DNA of 64,000 nt from Pseudarthrobacter sp. (GCA_031178005.1 JAPSJV010000011.1:30799-94798), one strand, 5' to 3'. Numbered from the stretch's first letter, positions 1 to 11,725 are shown. Translations and numbers: made by a program. The notes: generated from the letters alone by a model not told the origin.

Positions 1-559
1 CCGCGATCCGGGAGAAATCGTCCCAAGACCAGCTGCCGTCCTCCGGCAGTGGCACGCCTGCCGCCTGGAAGACGGCAGGGTTCGCCACAACGGCCAGAGC
101 GTTGGCTCCGGTGGAGACGCCATACTGCGTGCCCTGGACCTGCCCATTTTCCAGGGCACCCTGGTCCGTGTCGGAAAGATCCAGCACGCCGCTCACCTTT
201 GCGAGATCAAGGAGTGCACCACGGTTGGCGTATTCGGCCGGGTAGGCACCGCCCATGGTGATCACGTCAGGGGCGTCGTTTGCGGCCACCTGGGTGGCCA
301 ACTTGTCGAAATAACCACCGATGTCGCCGTATTCGGGCTTGACCTTGATGGTTGGATTGGCCGACTCGAACTCGTTGATGGCCTTGCTGGTGATCTCGGC
401 CCGGGTGGCGTTGCCCCACCAGGCAAACCTGATCTCCACGGGTCCGTCTTCGGGCTGGCCGGAGGGGGAATTGGAACATCCAACCGATAGGGCCAACATG
501 CTCACGACAGAGGCAATGGCAATGGTTTTTCGGAGGCTTCGGGCAATTTTACGCGTCAT
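1..559 (-). CDS. Sugar ABC transporter substrate-binding lipoprotein (5' part; runs off window start)
   Basis: Not in ORF track. Manual translation from ATG 559: MTRKIARSLRKTIAIASVVSMLALSVGC (lipobox) ...VEIRFAWWGN...YFDKLATQVAANDAPDV, typical of family 1 solute-binding proteins. Confidence 0.88.
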   Translation of the reverse strand, partial: MTRKIARSLRKTIAIASVVSMLALSVGCSNSPSGQPEDGPVEIRFAWWGNATRAEITSKAINEFESANPTIKVKPEYGDIGGYFDKLATQVAANDAPDVITMGGAYPAEYANRGALLDLAKVSGVLDLSDTDQGALENGQVQGTQYGVSTGANALAVVANPAVFQAAGVPLPEDGSWSWDDFSRIA

Positions 560-581
560 CGGGCAAATTTTTCCTTCGATC

Positions 582-705
582 AGAAATCGGTTCCTGAAAC
601 GTATCAACAGGGTTCCCGGGCGTCAAGGGTTCTGCCATGAGGGCCGGATGCTTGACATCCCCCGCCCACAGGACAAGGATTGAATCGTTTCGGAAATCGG
701 TTTCT
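582..705. promoter_or_regulatory. LacI-family operator-like sites in divergent promoter region
   Basis: AGAAATCGGTTCCT (582-595) and GGAAATCGGTTTCT (692-705), central CG palindromes; TTGACA at 652. Confidence 0.55.
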
Positions 706-807
706 GCGGTATGGGCATTTGTCCCGCCACCCGGCGAAACCGCCACCCATTTGACCGGATTGTCCCCAGCAGCAGTCAAAGCAGACAGCACCAGGAGGGC
801 GTGCCCC

Positions 808-3042
808 GTGCACAGCCAACACAGCAATTCGCAATTACCCGCTCGAATCGATCGCCAGGAGTTGGTCCGGCGGCACAATGTCCACCAGCGGTCCCTTGAC
901 CGCTGCAGCCCGGTGTCCGTGGGCAATGGCGAATTCGCGTTCACCATGGACCTCACCGGGCTGCAGTCACTGCCCGGGTCCTACCCGGTGGGAGCCCGGA
1001 GCGACTTGCCTCCGGGCACGCTGTTGGGCACCCAGGCCCAGTGGGGCTGGCACTCCGTGCCGCCTGCCCAGCCATATGACCTGGCCGGGTCAACGGTGGT
1101 CTACGACTCGCCCCGCGGACCTGTCCCCTACGTGGACATGGTGGGAGGCATCGTCAATGACCGCGAGACGGGCACATCCCAAGGCGAGACCTGGCTGCGG
1201 GCCAATCCGCACCGCCTGGACCTGGGCCGGATCGGCTTCCGCCTGCTGGAGGACGGCGTCGTCAGGGACCTGACTGAGTCGGATATCGAGGACACCGCAC
1301 AAACGCTGGACTTGTGGTCCGGAGTGGTCATCAGCGAATTCACCATCGCCGAATTCCCGGCCAAAGTCATAACGGCGTGCCACCCGGACCGTGACGAACT
1401 GGGGTTCCGCGTGGAATCGGCCGCGCTGGCTGCGGGACTGGAGGTGGCCATCAGCTTCCCGTACGGTTCCGAAGCCTGGCACGACGCCGCGGACTGGGAC
1501 ACCCCGGATGCCCACACCACCACCTTGGGCGCAGCGTCCCCGTCCTTTACCGGGGCGGGCATGTCGGCGTGGACGGCTTCCCGCGAGCTGGACGACTCCC
1601 GCTACCAGGTGGTAATCACGGGCAAGGACATCCACGTTGCCCAAAGTGGCCAGCACTGCCTCCGAATCACGGCTGCACCCTCAGAAACGGGAGATTCCGT
1701 ACCCGTGCTGGACTTCTCGGTGGCGTTCCTTTCCGCTGGAGACGGTGACTGCATTCCGCGCGGCAACAACAGGCTGTCCCGGGAGGCACCCGGGGCAGGA
1801 CAGGGCGGCGAAGGCGGAACCGGCGTCGTTCATTCTCCAGGGGCCAGCGTTGCAGCGGCATCCGAGGCATATTGGCCGGAGTTTTGGGCTTCCGGTGGAG
1901 CGATCGACCTCAGCGTCACCAGCGATCCCCGGGCCAAGGAACTGGAGCGCAGGATCGTCCTGTCCCAATACCTCACGGCCATCAACTGCTCTGGCTCCTT
2001 GCCGCCGCAGGAAACCGGGCTGGTATGCAATTCGTGGCGGGGCCGGTTCCATCTTGAGATGCATTGGTGGCATGCTGCCCACTTCGCGCATTGGAACCGG
2101 CCGGAACTCCTGCTGCCCTCGCTGCGGTGGTACTCCACGGTGCTGGAAACATCGCGGCAGACCGCCAAGGCCCAGGGATTCGACGGCGTCCGCTGGCCCA
2201 AGCAGGTAGGTCCGGACGGGCGCGAGAGCCCCAGCCCGATCGGCACCTTCCTGATCTGGCAGCAACCCCACCCCATCCACCTGGCCGAGCTGGTTTACCG
2301 GGCCAACCCGAACAAAGAGGTGTTGGAGGAGTTTGCGGAGATCGTCTTCGAGTCCGCAGCGTTCATGGCGAGCTTTGCCCACCCCACGGAGCGCGGATAC
2401 GAACTGGGCTCACCGCTGATCCCGGCCCAGGAAAGCTACGGCTCCATCCGGTCAAGAGTCACCAACCCCACATTCGAGCTGGCCTACTGGCAGTGGGGCC
2501 TTCGGATCGCGGCGGCGTGGCGGAACCGCCTGGGTTTGGAGCCCGTACAGGAATGGCTGGACGTAGCAGAGGGAATGGTGCCGCCACGAGTGATCGACGG
2601 CGTCTACGCGGCGATCGACGTCGAGCCGTTCACGATCCGCACGGACCACCCCTCCATGTTGTGCGCCCTGGGCGTCCTTCCGCAGACGGACCTGATTGAT
2701 CCGGACATCATGCGCGCCACCCTCAAGGACGTGCTTGCCGATTGGGACTGGGCCACAACTTGGGGATGGGACTATCCGGTGATGGCCATGACGGCGGCGC
2801 GGCTCGAGGACCCGGAAGCCGCGGTGGACGCCCTCCTGCTGGGCGCCGGGAAGAACACCGTCCTGGCCAATGGGCACAACCGGCAGACCGAATCCCTGCC
2901 GCTGTACCTGCCCGGCAACGGCGGGCTCCTGTCCGCCGTCGCGCTGATGGCCGCGGGGTGGGACGGCGGCCCGGACCGGCACGCTCCCGGCTTCCCGTCG
3001 GATTGGGCAGTCTCCTGGGAAGGGCTGGTGCAATCGCCCTGA
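808..3042 (+). CDS. Putative glycoside hydrolase, (alpha/alpha)6-barrel, GH65-like
   Basis: GTG 808 after AGGAGG; IDRQELVRRHNV, SVGNGEFAFTMDLTGLQ, PPQETGL..NSWRGRFHLEMHWWH, LIWQQPHPI, TWGWDYP, YLPGNGGLL motifs; divergent from a sugar-binding protein. Confidence 0.7.
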   Translation: MHSQHSNSQLPARIDRQELVRRHNVHQRSLDRCSPVSVGNGEFAFTMDLTGLQSLPGSYPVGARSDLPPGTLLGTQAQWGWHSVPPAQPYDLAGSTVVYDSPRGPVPYVDMVGGIVNDRETGTSQGETWLRANPHRLDLGRIGFRLLEDGVVRDLTESDIEDTAQTLDLWSGVVISEFTIAEFPAKVITACHPDRDELGFRVESAALAAGLEVAISFPYGSEAWHDAADWDTPDAHTTTLGAASPSFTGAGMSAWTASRELDDSRYQVVITGKDIHVAQSGQHCLRITAAPSETGDSVPVLDFSVAFLSAGDGDCIPRGNNRLSREAPGAGQGGEGGTGVVHSPGASVAAASEAYWPEFWASGGAIDLSVTSDPRAKELERRIVLSQYLTAINCSGSLPPQETGLVCNSWRGRFHLEMHWWHAAHFAHWNRPELLLPSLRWYSTVLETSRQTAKAQGFDGVRWPKQVGPDGRESPSPIGTFLIWQQPHPIHLAELVYRANPNKEVLEEFAEIVFESAAFMASFAHPTERGYELGSPLIPAQESYGSIRSRVTNPTFELAYWQWGLRIAAAWRNRLGLEPVQEWLDVAEGMVPPRVIDGVYAAIDVEPFTIRTDHPSMLCALGVLPQTDLIDPDIMRATLKDVLADWDWATTWGWDYPVMAMTAARLEDPEAAVDALLLGAGKNTVLANGHNRQTESLPLYLPGNGGLLSAVALMAAGWDGGPDRHAPGFPSDWAVSWEGLVQSP

Positions 3043-3067
3043 GCACTTTCCCGGCAGGAGTACAGCT

Positions 3068-4150
3068 TCAGGTGCGGGGCACTACGCGCCGCGAGCCAAG
3101 GACCGGCTTGTGGGGAGCCTCCCCCGAACTCAGGTCAACCTCCCGGATGGCGGCCCAGGAACCGGCCACCAGGTACACCTGGCTGATCAGGTTGAACCAG
3201 ATGAGCAGGCCGATGATGATCGCAAATGGTGCAAGCAGCGGGTTTCGTCCCGCACCGGCCAGTAGTTCGGTGCTGAAAATCTGCAGGACGCTGGTTCCCA
3301 CGGCGGCCAGGACAGTGCCCTCCAGCATGGCGCGGCGGCCCAGCTCCAGACCGGCGGCGAGCCGGAACATAATCAGGGCGGTAGCCCAGCTCAGGACCAG
3401 GGGCACCCCGATCTTGATCGTCGTCGTCAGCGGCCCGGCTACCGCGTCATCCAAGGACAGGAAGTCAGCAACCCAGCCGGCCGCTGTGCCGAAGATCAGC
3501 GAGGCGCCCGAACTGACCACCAACGCGATGCCCAACAACACCAGGATGCCGGCGTCGCGCAGTTTCAGGAGCACGGGGTTGATGGTCAACGGAGGCAGTT
3601 GCTGCACCCCGCGCAGGCCCTCACGCAGCCCGTTCAGCCAGCCCAGCGACGTGACCACCGTTACCACGGCGGCGATCACGGCGGTCCAGCCGAGCCCCAC
3701 CGGATTGAGGAGGTCCTGCGGGTCCACCAGGCCCTCGCCGCCGTTCACCTTCAGGAGTCCCGGGGCGGCTTCAGCAACACTGGCCACCACACTGTCGAGC
3801 AACGCGGGCTGGTCCCTGAGGACCAGCCCGGCAATCGAAAAGCCGGTGGTCAGGAGGCCCGTGATGGAGAAAAACATGGTGAAGCCGATCCCGGCGCTCA
3901 TCAGCGGACCGTGCTGGCGGCTGTAGTGCTGCCAGGCACGCATGGGCCGGAACGCATTCAGGGAGGCAAGCAGCCACTGCAGCATAGCCAGGAGCTGAGG
4001 ACCAAGTCCCGCCTTTGACCTCCGGGTACGTCCCCAGTCCATCCTGCGGTGGATGACCGCCAGCTTCAGCCGCGCGCGCTCAGTGGGTAGGGGCGGCTTC
4101 GTCGTTCCCTGCGAGCCATGGTTCGTCGTCGCTGTCTGTTTCGGTCCCAA
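3068..4150 (-). CDS. YihY/virulence factor BrkB family membrane protein (start uncertain)
   Basis: Multi-TM; HGPLMSAGIGFTMFFS, AIIIGLLIWFNLISQVYL. Confidence 0.8.
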   Translation of the reverse strand: MGPKQTATTNHGSQGTTKPPLPTERARLKLAVIHRRMDWGRTRRSKAGLGPQLLAMLQWLLASLNAFRPMRAWQHYSRQHGPLMSAGIGFTMFFSITGLLTTGFSIAGLVLRDQPALLDSVVASVAEAAPGLLKVNGGEGLVDPQDLLNPVGLGWTAVIAAVVTVVTSLGWLNGLREGLRGVQQLPPLTINPVLLKLRDAGILVLLGIALVVSSGASLIFGTAAGWVADFLSLDDAVAGPLTTTIKIGVPLVLSWATALIMFRLAAGLELGRRAMLEGTVLAAVGTSVLQIFSTELLAGAGRNPLLAPFAIIIGLLIWFNLISQVYLVAGSWAAIREVDLSSGEAPHKPVLGSRRVVPRT

Positions 4151-4673
4151 AGTCCAGCTCTTCCCGTAGCTGCCAAATTCCATCCGCGCCGTGCTCGTAA
4201 AGTCCCATGCTAACCACAGGGAAGGTGGCGCTGTAGTCACGCAGCGCTGTCTCGGCCTCGTCCAGGCTCTCCGGGGCGACGTCGTGGGCGATTGTGACAT
4301 GGGGGTGGTACGGGAACGGCAACTCGCGTTCCAAGGGACCGGACTGGAGTTTCTCGTGCAATGCCACGCATTCCCCGAAGCCGTCTTCAACGTTCAGGAA
4401 CACCACCGGGGACACCGGCCGGAATGAACCCGTCCCGGAAATTGTGACCGTAAACCGCTCCTGCCTGCGGGCGACTTCGCGGACGTGGCTGTGGGTGGCT
4501 TCCCAGTCCTCGGTCATCGTGGTGGTGACCAACGTGATGTGCGCCGGGATGATGTGGGCCATGGGATCGCCGAACGAAGCCCGCCACCGTTGCAGTTCCT
4601 CGGCGATGGCAGGCGGGAAGCCCAGAATGACTCCTACATTCGCTCCTTCGCGGGCACCGCTGGTGGACGTCAT
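4080..4673 (-). CDS. 2'-5' RNA ligase family (2H phosphoesterase) protein
   Basis: Two HxT motifs: PAHITL and YHPHVTIA. Confidence 0.88.
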   Translation of the reverse strand: MTSTSGAREGANVGVILGFPPAIAEELQRWRASFGDPMAHIIPAHITLVTTTMTEDWEATHSHVREVARRQERFTVTISGTGSFRPVSPVVFLNVEDGFGECVALHEKLQSGPLERELPFPYHPHVTIAHDVAPESLDEAETALRDYSATFPVVSMGLYEHGADGIWQLREELDFGTETDSDDEPWLAGNDEAAPTH

Positions 4674-4677
4674 GGGA

Positions 4678-5775
<1,098 letters not shown>

Positions 5776-5782
5776 TTAAAGA

Positions 5783-6616
5783 CTAGAGCTGGTAATCCAC
5801 TACCAGCGGAGCATGGTCAGAGAAGCGGGTGTCCCACGACGGCGCCCGGTCAACCACCGCGGAAACAGCCGCGGCAGCAAGCCCGGGGGTGGCCATGTGG
5901 TAGTCGATGCGCCAGCCGGTGTCCGTATCGAACGCCTTGCCGCGCTGGGACCACCAGGTGTAGGGGCCGTTGACGTTACCCGCCAGGCCCCGGTGGACAT
6001 CCTTCCAGCCGATCTCTTCCCCAAAGAAGCGGTCAAAGTAGGCGCGCTCTTCCGGCAGGAAGCCGGCCTTCTTGACGTTGCCCTTCCAGTTCTTGATATC
6101 CAGTTCCGTGTGGCCCACGTTGAGGTCCCCCACCACCAGGGCGTGGTCGCTGTGCTTGGCAAGCTCCGGCAGCCGGGTGCTCATGACATCCAGGAAACGG
6201 AACTTATCGTCCTGCTTGGGCGTGCCAACCTCGCCGGAATGCACGTAGGCACTGGCGACGGTCAACTGGGCAGGAGTTCCTGAGGCGGTGCGGACGGAGA
6301 AGTCGGCCTCCACCCAGCGGCCTGCGGTGGCGAAGTAGTCGTCCCCGATGCCGTTGCGGGTAAAGACGGGTTCCTGCCGGGAGGCAATCGCTACGCCGGC
6401 GCGGCCCTTGGCCTCGGCTTCAGCGTGCAGGATGAACCAGCCGTCGCCCAGCAGTTGATGGACGATTGCGTCAGGGGCGCGGACCTCCTGGAGGCAGAGG
6501 ATGTCTACTTCGCGCGGTTCCAGCCACGCCGCCATTCCGTTCTTGTAGGCAGCCCTCAGGCCGTTGACGTTGACTGATGCGATACGAAGGTAATCCTTCT
6601 CCAATGCCGAGCTCAC
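5783..6616 (-). CDS. xth: Exodeoxyribonuclease III / AP endonuclease
   Basis: SVNVNGLRA, LQE, GDLNVGH, GWRIDY, SDHAP. Confidence 0.95.
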   Translation of the reverse strand: MSSALEKDYLRIASVNVNGLRAAYKNGMAAWLEPREVDILCLQEVRAPDAIVHQLLGDGWFILHAEAEAKGRAGVAIASRQEPVFTRNGIGDDYFATAGRWVEADFSVRTASGTPAQLTVASAYVHSGEVGTPKQDDKFRFLDVMSTRLPELAKHSDHALVVGDLNVGHTELDIKNWKGNVKKAGFLPEERAYFDRFFGEEIGWKDVHRGLAGNVNGPYTWWSQRGKAFDTDTGWRIDYHMATPGLAAAAVSAVVDRAPSWDTRFSDHAPLVVDYQL

Positions 6617-6626
6617 CCGCACTACT

Positions 6627-7178
6627 CTAGTCGATGATGGTGCCGCTGACCGGCTCGTCAGTGCCGGATGACTTGATCATGTCCCTGGCGTTCGTGGCCG
6701 TGATCTCGATGGTTTCCAGGGCCCGGTAGATGGTGTCCTGGTTCGCGGCAGCGCCCTTGGCCTGCTCGTCGTTAATGACCCGGACCTGCACCTGCACGAT
6801 CTTGAACGAGTGGTCCAGCTTCAGGTCGCGGACGCCGTCAGCGCGGGACTCCGACACCACCCGGGTGCCGCCATGGTCGGAGGAATCCGACGACGGCGCG
6901 CGGCCGGCAGCGCTGTTGAAGGCGTTCTGGGCCTCGGTGAACTTCGCTCCGGCCTTCCGGGCGGCCTTCTGGATGCTGAAAACCACGAACGTTGCCAGCA
7001 GCAGCCAGAACAGCGCGATGATGGCCACGATCCAGCCCACGACGTCGTTCTGGTTGGCGGCAAAGATGACCGCTACCAGGAAGGCGACGATGAAGACCGT
7101 CATACCCAGCCCGCCGATGCGGAACATCCCGCCCTTGGCGGAACCGGACGAAAACTTTGAGGTGCCCACAGATTGCAT
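6627..7178 (-). CDS. Hypothetical membrane protein (2 TM)
   Basis: 183-aa ORF with two hydrophobic segments, co-oriented with xth. Confidence 0.75.
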   Translation of the reverse strand: MQSVGTSKFSSGSAKGGMFRIGGLGMTVFIVAFLVAVIFAANQNDVVGWIVAIIALFWLLLATFVVFSIQKAARKAGAKFTEAQNAFNSAAGRAPSSDSSDHGGTRVVSESRADGVRDLKLDHSFKIVQVQVRVINDEQAKGAAANQDTIYRALETIEITATNARDMIKSSGTDEPVSGTIID

Positions 7179-7319
7179 GGCTACATTGTCTCAAACCCGC
7201 CAACCGCCCTTGCCACCTTCCACCGCTGGCGAACAGGAGGTATTGTGCCCCGCCGGCGTGCGGCGTACCGTAATTCCCGCCGGGGGACGCCGAACGCAGG
7301 TTCCAGCTAAGGACGGATC

Positions 7320-7778
7320 ATGGAAAGTCACGGATTACGAACAGTTGCAGTTGCCGGGGCGATTGTTGCTCTGATGGCAGTGGGTACGCCGGCAGGCGCC
7401 GCACCGGGAGGCGGACCGGCGATCCCCTTGAACACTGAGCAGGAAACCACCGGTTCCAATACCGGGGCCAGCGGTTTCTTCAGCTACACGATTGATGGCA
7501 ATGAGCTTTGCTACACCATTACTGCCCGCAATCTCTCAGTCCCGGCGCACGCGGCCCACATGCATCTTGGTGACCGCAACGAGGCCGGCCCGGTGGTCAT
7601 CCCCCTGCCCATCCCCCAGGACGGCACCACCACATGGACCCACTCCACCTGCTTGCTCGTCACGGTTCCTGCCCAGGTGGAAGCCCTGGAGGGTGTCGAG
7701 TCGAATCCCCGTGACTACTACGTCAACGTCCACACGGAGACGTTCCCTGGCGGGGAAATCCGGGGTCAGCTGAAATAG
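7320..7778 (+). CDS. Secreted CHRD-domain protein
   Basis: Signal peptide; AAHMHLG...GPVV...YYVNVHTETFPGGEIRGQL. Confidence 0.88.
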   Translation: MESHGLRTVAVAGAIVALMAVGTPAGAAPGGGPAIPLNTEQETTGSNTGASGFFSYTIDGNELCYTITARNLSVPAHAAHMHLGDRNEAGPVVIPLPIPQDGTTTWTHSTCLLVTVPAQVEALEGVESNPRDYYVNVHTETFPGGEIRGQLK

Positions 7779-7790
7779 CGCCCTCCCCGA

Positions 7791-7849
7791 ACGACGGCGG
7801 CACCGCACCTTCCAGATGAAAGGTGCGGTGCCGCCGTCGTACTTTATTT
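7791..7849. terminator. Bidirectional intrinsic terminator
   Basis: Perfect 21-bp stem ACGACGGCGGCACCGCACCTT / AAGGTGCGGTGCCGCCGTCGT between convergent genes. Confidence 0.8.
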
Positions 7850-7850
7850 G

Positions 7851-8759
7851 CTAGCCCTGTTCTGCGACCAGCCGCTCTGCGGCTTCCACCACGTTGGTCA
7901 TCAGCAGCGCCACGGTCATGGGGCCGACTCCGCCCGGGTTCGGGGAGATGTAGCCGGCAACCTCGGCAGCCGCCGGATCAATGTCGCCGTAGACCTTGTA
8001 CTTACCGGTCTCCGGATCCTCTTCGCGGGTAACGCCAACGTCCAGCAGTGCCGCACCGGGCTTGACGTCTTCCGCCTTGACGATCCCGCGTACGCCGGCT
8101 GCACCGACGATCACGTCGGCCTGGCGCAACAGCCCGGAAAGGTTCTCCGTGCCGGTGTGCGTCAGCGTCACCGTCGCGTTGACGGCACGGCGGGTGAGCA
8201 GCAGGCCGATGGAACGGCCGATCGTCACGCCACGTCCCACCACCACTACATGCTTGCCCTTGAGGCTGTAGCCGTTACGCTCCAGCAGCTCGATGACACC
8301 ACGCGGGGTGCAGGGCAGCGGCGAGGTGATCTCACCGTTGACGTTGAGCACCAGCCGGCCCAGGTTAGTGGGGTGCAGGCCGTCAGCATCCTTGTCCGGA
8401 TCAATCCGTTCCAGGATGGCGTCCGTGTCCAGATGCTTGGGCAGCGGCAGCTGCACAATGTACCCGTGGCAAGCAGGATCGGCGTTGAGTTCGTCGATCA
8501 GCGCTTCGACGTCCGCCTGCGTGGCGTCTGCCGGCAGCTCGCGCTGGATCGAGTTCATGCCGATCTTCGCGCTCTCGCGGTGCTTCATGGACACGTAAAG
8601 CTGGGAAGCCGGATCAGCGCCCACCAGGACGGTAGCGATGCCGGGCGTTACTCCCTTGGCTTTCAGCGCGGCGATCCGATCCGCAAGCTCGGCCCTGATT
8701 TCCGCAGAGGCAGCCTTGCCGTCAAGGATCGTTGCGCCGCCCACTACGGGGTTTACCAC
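7851..8759 (-). CDS. folD: Bifunctional methylenetetrahydrofolate dehydrogenase/cyclohydrolase
   Basis: [33 protein letters not shown]; GTG start overlaps glyA stop. Confidence 0.95.
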   Translation of the reverse strand: MVNPVVGGATILDGKAASAEIRAELADRIAALKAKGVTPGIATVLVGADPASQLYVSMKHRESAKIGMNSIQRELPADATQADVEALIDELNADPACHGYIVQLPLPKHLDTDAILERIDPDKDADGLHPTNLGRLVLNVNGEITSPLPCTPRGVIELLERNGYSLKGKHVVVVGRGVTIGRSIGLLLTRRAVNATVTLTHTGTENLSGLLRQADVIVGAAGVRGIVKAEDVKPGAALLDVGVTREEDPETGKYKVYGDIDPAAAEVAGYISPNPGGVGPMTVALLMTNVVEAAERLVAEQG

Positions 8760-10048
8760 TGCTCGTGCTGCGGGTACAGCGGGAAATCGGCAGCAAGCTT
8801 GTCCACGCGGGCCTGGAGGGACTCGACGTCGGCAGCCTGGCCGGCCTTCAGCGCGCTGGCGATGATCTCTGCCACCTCGGTGAACTCGGCGGCACCGAAG
8901 CCACGGGTGGCCAGCGCGGGGGTACCGATGCGCAGGCCGGAGGTGACCATCGGGGGGCGGGGATCGAACGGAACGGCATTCCGGTTCACTGTGATGCCCA
9001 CAGAGTGCAGGAGGTCCTCGGCCTGCTGGCCGTCCAGCTGCGAGTTGCGCAGGTCCACCAGGACCAGGTGGACGTCGGTTCCACCCGTGAGGACGGAGAC
9101 GCCGGCGTCGGCGAGGTCCTGCTGGTTCAGGCGGTCGGCGATGATCTTGGCACCTTCCAGGACGCGCTCCTGGCGCTCCTTGAACTCCTCGCTGCCGGCG
9201 ATCTTGAAGGCCACGGCCTTGGCTGCGATGACGTGCATCAGCGGGCCGCCCTGCTGGCCCGGGAACACGTTGGAGTTCAGCTTCTTGGCCCACTCCTGCT
9301 TGGCCAGGATCACGCCGGACCGGGGACCGGAAAGGGTCTTGTGGACGGTGGAAGTGACGACGTCGGAGTACGGTACCGGGCTGGGGTGCAGTCCGGCGGC
9401 CACCAGGCCGGCGAAGTGCGCCATGTCAGTCCAGAGCAGTGCGCCCACTTCATCGGCGATCGAACGGAAGGCTTCGAAGTCCAGGTGGCGGGGGTAGGCG
9501 GACCAGCCTGCGATGATGACCTGCGGCTTCTCCGCGATGGCCTGCTCGCGCAGCTTGTCCATGTCGATGCGGAAGTTGTCTTCTTCAACCTGGTAGGCAG
9601 CCACGTTGTAGAGCTTGCCGGAGAAGTTCAGCTTCATGCCGTGGGTGAGGTGCCCGCCGTGGGCCAGGGAAAGGCCCAGGATCTTGTCGCCGGGGGTGAT
9701 CATGGCCGAAAGGGCCGCGGCGTTGGCCTGCGCACCGGAGTGCGGCTGGACGTTGGCGTATTCGGCGCCGAAGAGTTCCTTGACGCGGTCGATGGCCAGC
9801 TGCTCGGCAACGTCGACGTACTCGCAGCCGCCGTAGTAGCGGCGGCCCGGGTAACCCTCGGCGTACTTGTTGGTCAGGACGGAGCCTTGGGCTTCCATCA
9901 CGGCGCGCGGGGCGAAGTTTTCAGAGGCAATCATTTCCAGGGTGCCGCGCTGGCGGCCAAGCTCCTGGTTGAGGACTGCCGCGATCTCTGGATCCAGTTC
10001 GGCAAGCGACTGGTTGCTGACGGACGCGGACGTGGCGATAGTGGTCAC
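8753..10048 (-). CDS. glyA: Serine hydroxymethyltransferase
   Basis: [31 protein letters not shown]. Confidence 0.97.
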   Translation of the reverse strand: MTTIATSASVSNQSLAELDPEIAAVLNQELGRQRGTLEMIASENFAPRAVMEAQGSVLTNKYAEGYPGRRYYGGCEYVDVAEQLAIDRVKELFGAEYANVQPHSGAQANAAALSAMITPGDKILGLSLAHGGHLTHGMKLNFSGKLYNVAAYQVEEDNFRIDMDKLREQAIAEKPQVIIAGWSAYPRHLDFEAFRSIADEVGALLWTDMAHFAGLVAAGLHPSPVPYSDVVTSTVHKTLSGPRSGVILAKQEWAKKLNSNVFPGQQGGPLMHVIAAKAVAFKIAGSEEFKERQERVLEGAKIIADRLNQQDLADAGVSVLTGGTDVHLVLVDLRNSQLDGQQAEDLLHSVGITVNRNAVPFDPRPPMVTSGLRIGTPALATRGFGAAEFTEVAEIIASALKAGQAADVESLQARVDKLAADFPLYPQHEQW

Positions 10049-10191
10049 GAATAACTCCTGGCTGGGGTACGGGCACTGCTTAGGTCAGGCTACCGGTTGG
10101 CGCGAATCGCCGCCCGCTTTGATGACGAGGATGGCGTAAACAAGGACCCGCTGCGGTTGCAGCAGGTTCCACCGGCAAAACATGACCCTCG

Positions 10192-10266
10192 GCCCAGGCG
10201 TACGATCCGTGGTCTTCGTGAGTGCCGCTCCCTGGTGGTAAGCCACCCAACGCCAGTTGCGACGCC
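10192..10266 (-). ncRNA. ZMP/ZTP (pfl) riboswitch
   Basis: Minus strand GCGTCGCAACTGGCG..GGTGG..ACCACCAGGGAGCGGC..CGTACGCCTGGGC upstream of glyA-folD. Confidence 0.88.
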
Positions 10267-10312
10267 ACCAGAGTACCAAAAAGCGTACCCGCGCGCGGGT
10301 ACGCTGGTACGT

Positions 10313-11173
10313 GTGAGCAACGAGCAATTGACTGAAGCATATGTACTGACCCTGTCCTGCCCCGACCGTCCCGGAATCGTCCATGCAGTGGCCGGCGCCC
10401 TGCTGGTTGCCGGCTGCAACATCGCGGACTCCCAGCAGTACGGCAGCACCGCCACCGGCAATTTCTTCATGAGGGTGGAAGCAACCACCGCAGCCTCGCG
10501 CGCAGAGCTGCATGCCGCCGTCGAACCCGTTGCCCAGGCCTTCGGGATGCAGTGGAGCCTGAATCCCGTCGGGCAGAAAGTCCGGACACTGCTGATGGCC
10601 AGCACCTCGGCACACTGCCTCAACGACATCCTCTTCCAGCAGCGCTCCGGAACCCTGCCCATCGAGATCCCGGCAATCGTGGCCAACCACCAGGATCTTG
10701 CCGGCCTGGCCGAGTTCTATGGCATCCCCTTCCACTACATCCCGGTGACCCCGGATACCAAGGTGCAGGCGGAGGACAAGCTGCGGGCCATCATGGCTGA
10801 GCACGACGTCGAGCTCACCGTCCTGGCGCGCTACATGCAGATCCTGTCGGATGACCTGTGCAACGAGCTCGCCGGCAAGGCCATTAACATCCACCACTCG
10901 TTCCTGCCGTCATTCAAGGGCGCCAAGCCCTACCACCAGGCGCATGCCCGCGGCGTGAAGCTGATCGGCGCCACCGCACACTATGTGACTGCGGCGCTGG
11001 ACGAAGGGCCCATCATCGAGCAGGAAGTCATCCGGGTGGACCACGCGCGCACGCCGGAGCAGTTTGTGCAGATGGGCCGCGATGTCGAAGGCCGCACGCT
11101 GACGCAGGCTGTCCAGTGGCATGCCGAGCACCGCGTCCTGCTCGACGGCAACCGGACAGTGGTCTTCAACTAG
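10313..11173 (+). CDS. purU: Formyltetrahydrofolate deformylase
   Basis: ACT domain LSCPDRPGIV; LARYMQIL, INIHHSFLPSFKGAKPYHQA. Confidence 0.96.
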   Translation: MSNEQLTEAYVLTLSCPDRPGIVHAVAGALLVAGCNIADSQQYGSTATGNFFMRVEATTAASRAELHAAVEPVAQAFGMQWSLNPVGQKVRTLLMASTSAHCLNDILFQQRSGTLPIEIPAIVANHQDLAGLAEFYGIPFHYIPVTPDTKVQAEDKLRAIMAEHDVELTVLARYMQILSDDLCNELAGKAINIHHSFLPSFKGAKPYHQAHARGVKLIGATAHYVTAALDEGPIIEQEVIRVDHARTPEQFVQMGRDVEGRTLTQAVQWHAEHRVLLDGNRTVVFN

Positions 11174-11200
11174 GTCCCTCCCCGGGATTAGGGTGGGGGA

Positions 11201-11725
11201 ATGGCTCCCCTGTACCCCTTTGCCGGCCACACACCGGACATCCACGAATCAGCGTTCATCGCGCCCACCGCCTCGATCATCGGCAATGCCACCCTCGCGG
11301 AAGACTCCAGCGCCTTCTACGGCGTCTCGGTCCGCGCAGACACCGCCGCCATCACGGTGGGCCCCGGCACCAATCTGCAGGACAACGTAGTACTGCACGC
11401 GGACCCGGGCTTCCCCTGCAGCGTGGGCGCGCGCGTCAGTGTGGGGCACGCCGCCGTCGTGCATGGCTGCACCGTGGAGGACGACTGCCTCATCGGCATG
11501 AGCGCCACCATCCTCAACGGCGCGGTGATCGGCACGGGGTCCCTGGTGGCCGCTGGCGCCGTGGTCCTCGAAGGCACCATCATCCCGCCGCGCTCCCTGG
11601 TGGCCGGAGTGCCCGGCAAGGTACGCCGCGAACTCACCGATGAAGAGTACGACGGCGTACGCAGCAATGCGGCGCACTACCGCGAGCTGGCACTCGCCCA
11701 CCGGGAAATGCACGCCGACGGTTGA
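11201..11725 (+). CDS. Gamma carbonic anhydrase family protein
   Basis: Hexapeptide repeats, NLQDNVVLH, VGHAAVVHGC. Confidence 0.92.
   Translation: MAPLYPFAGHTPDIHESAFIAPTASIIGNATLAEDSSAFYGVSVRADTAAITVGPGTNLQDNVVLHADPGFPCSVGARVSVGHAAVVHGCTVEDDCLIGMSATILNGAVIGTGSLVAAGAVVLEGTIIPPRSLVAGVPGKVRRELTDEEYDGVRSNAAHYRELALAHREMHADG

Noticed and set aside
7791-7840. Long perfect hairpins here and at 26022-26085 as family A members
   Set aside because: No shared termini or core; GC-rich stems between convergent genes fit ordinary terminators.
7851-9293. 480-aa ORF suggesting an N-terminally extended FolD
   Set aside because: The extension is an alternative frame within glyA; FolD homology begins at about 8759.
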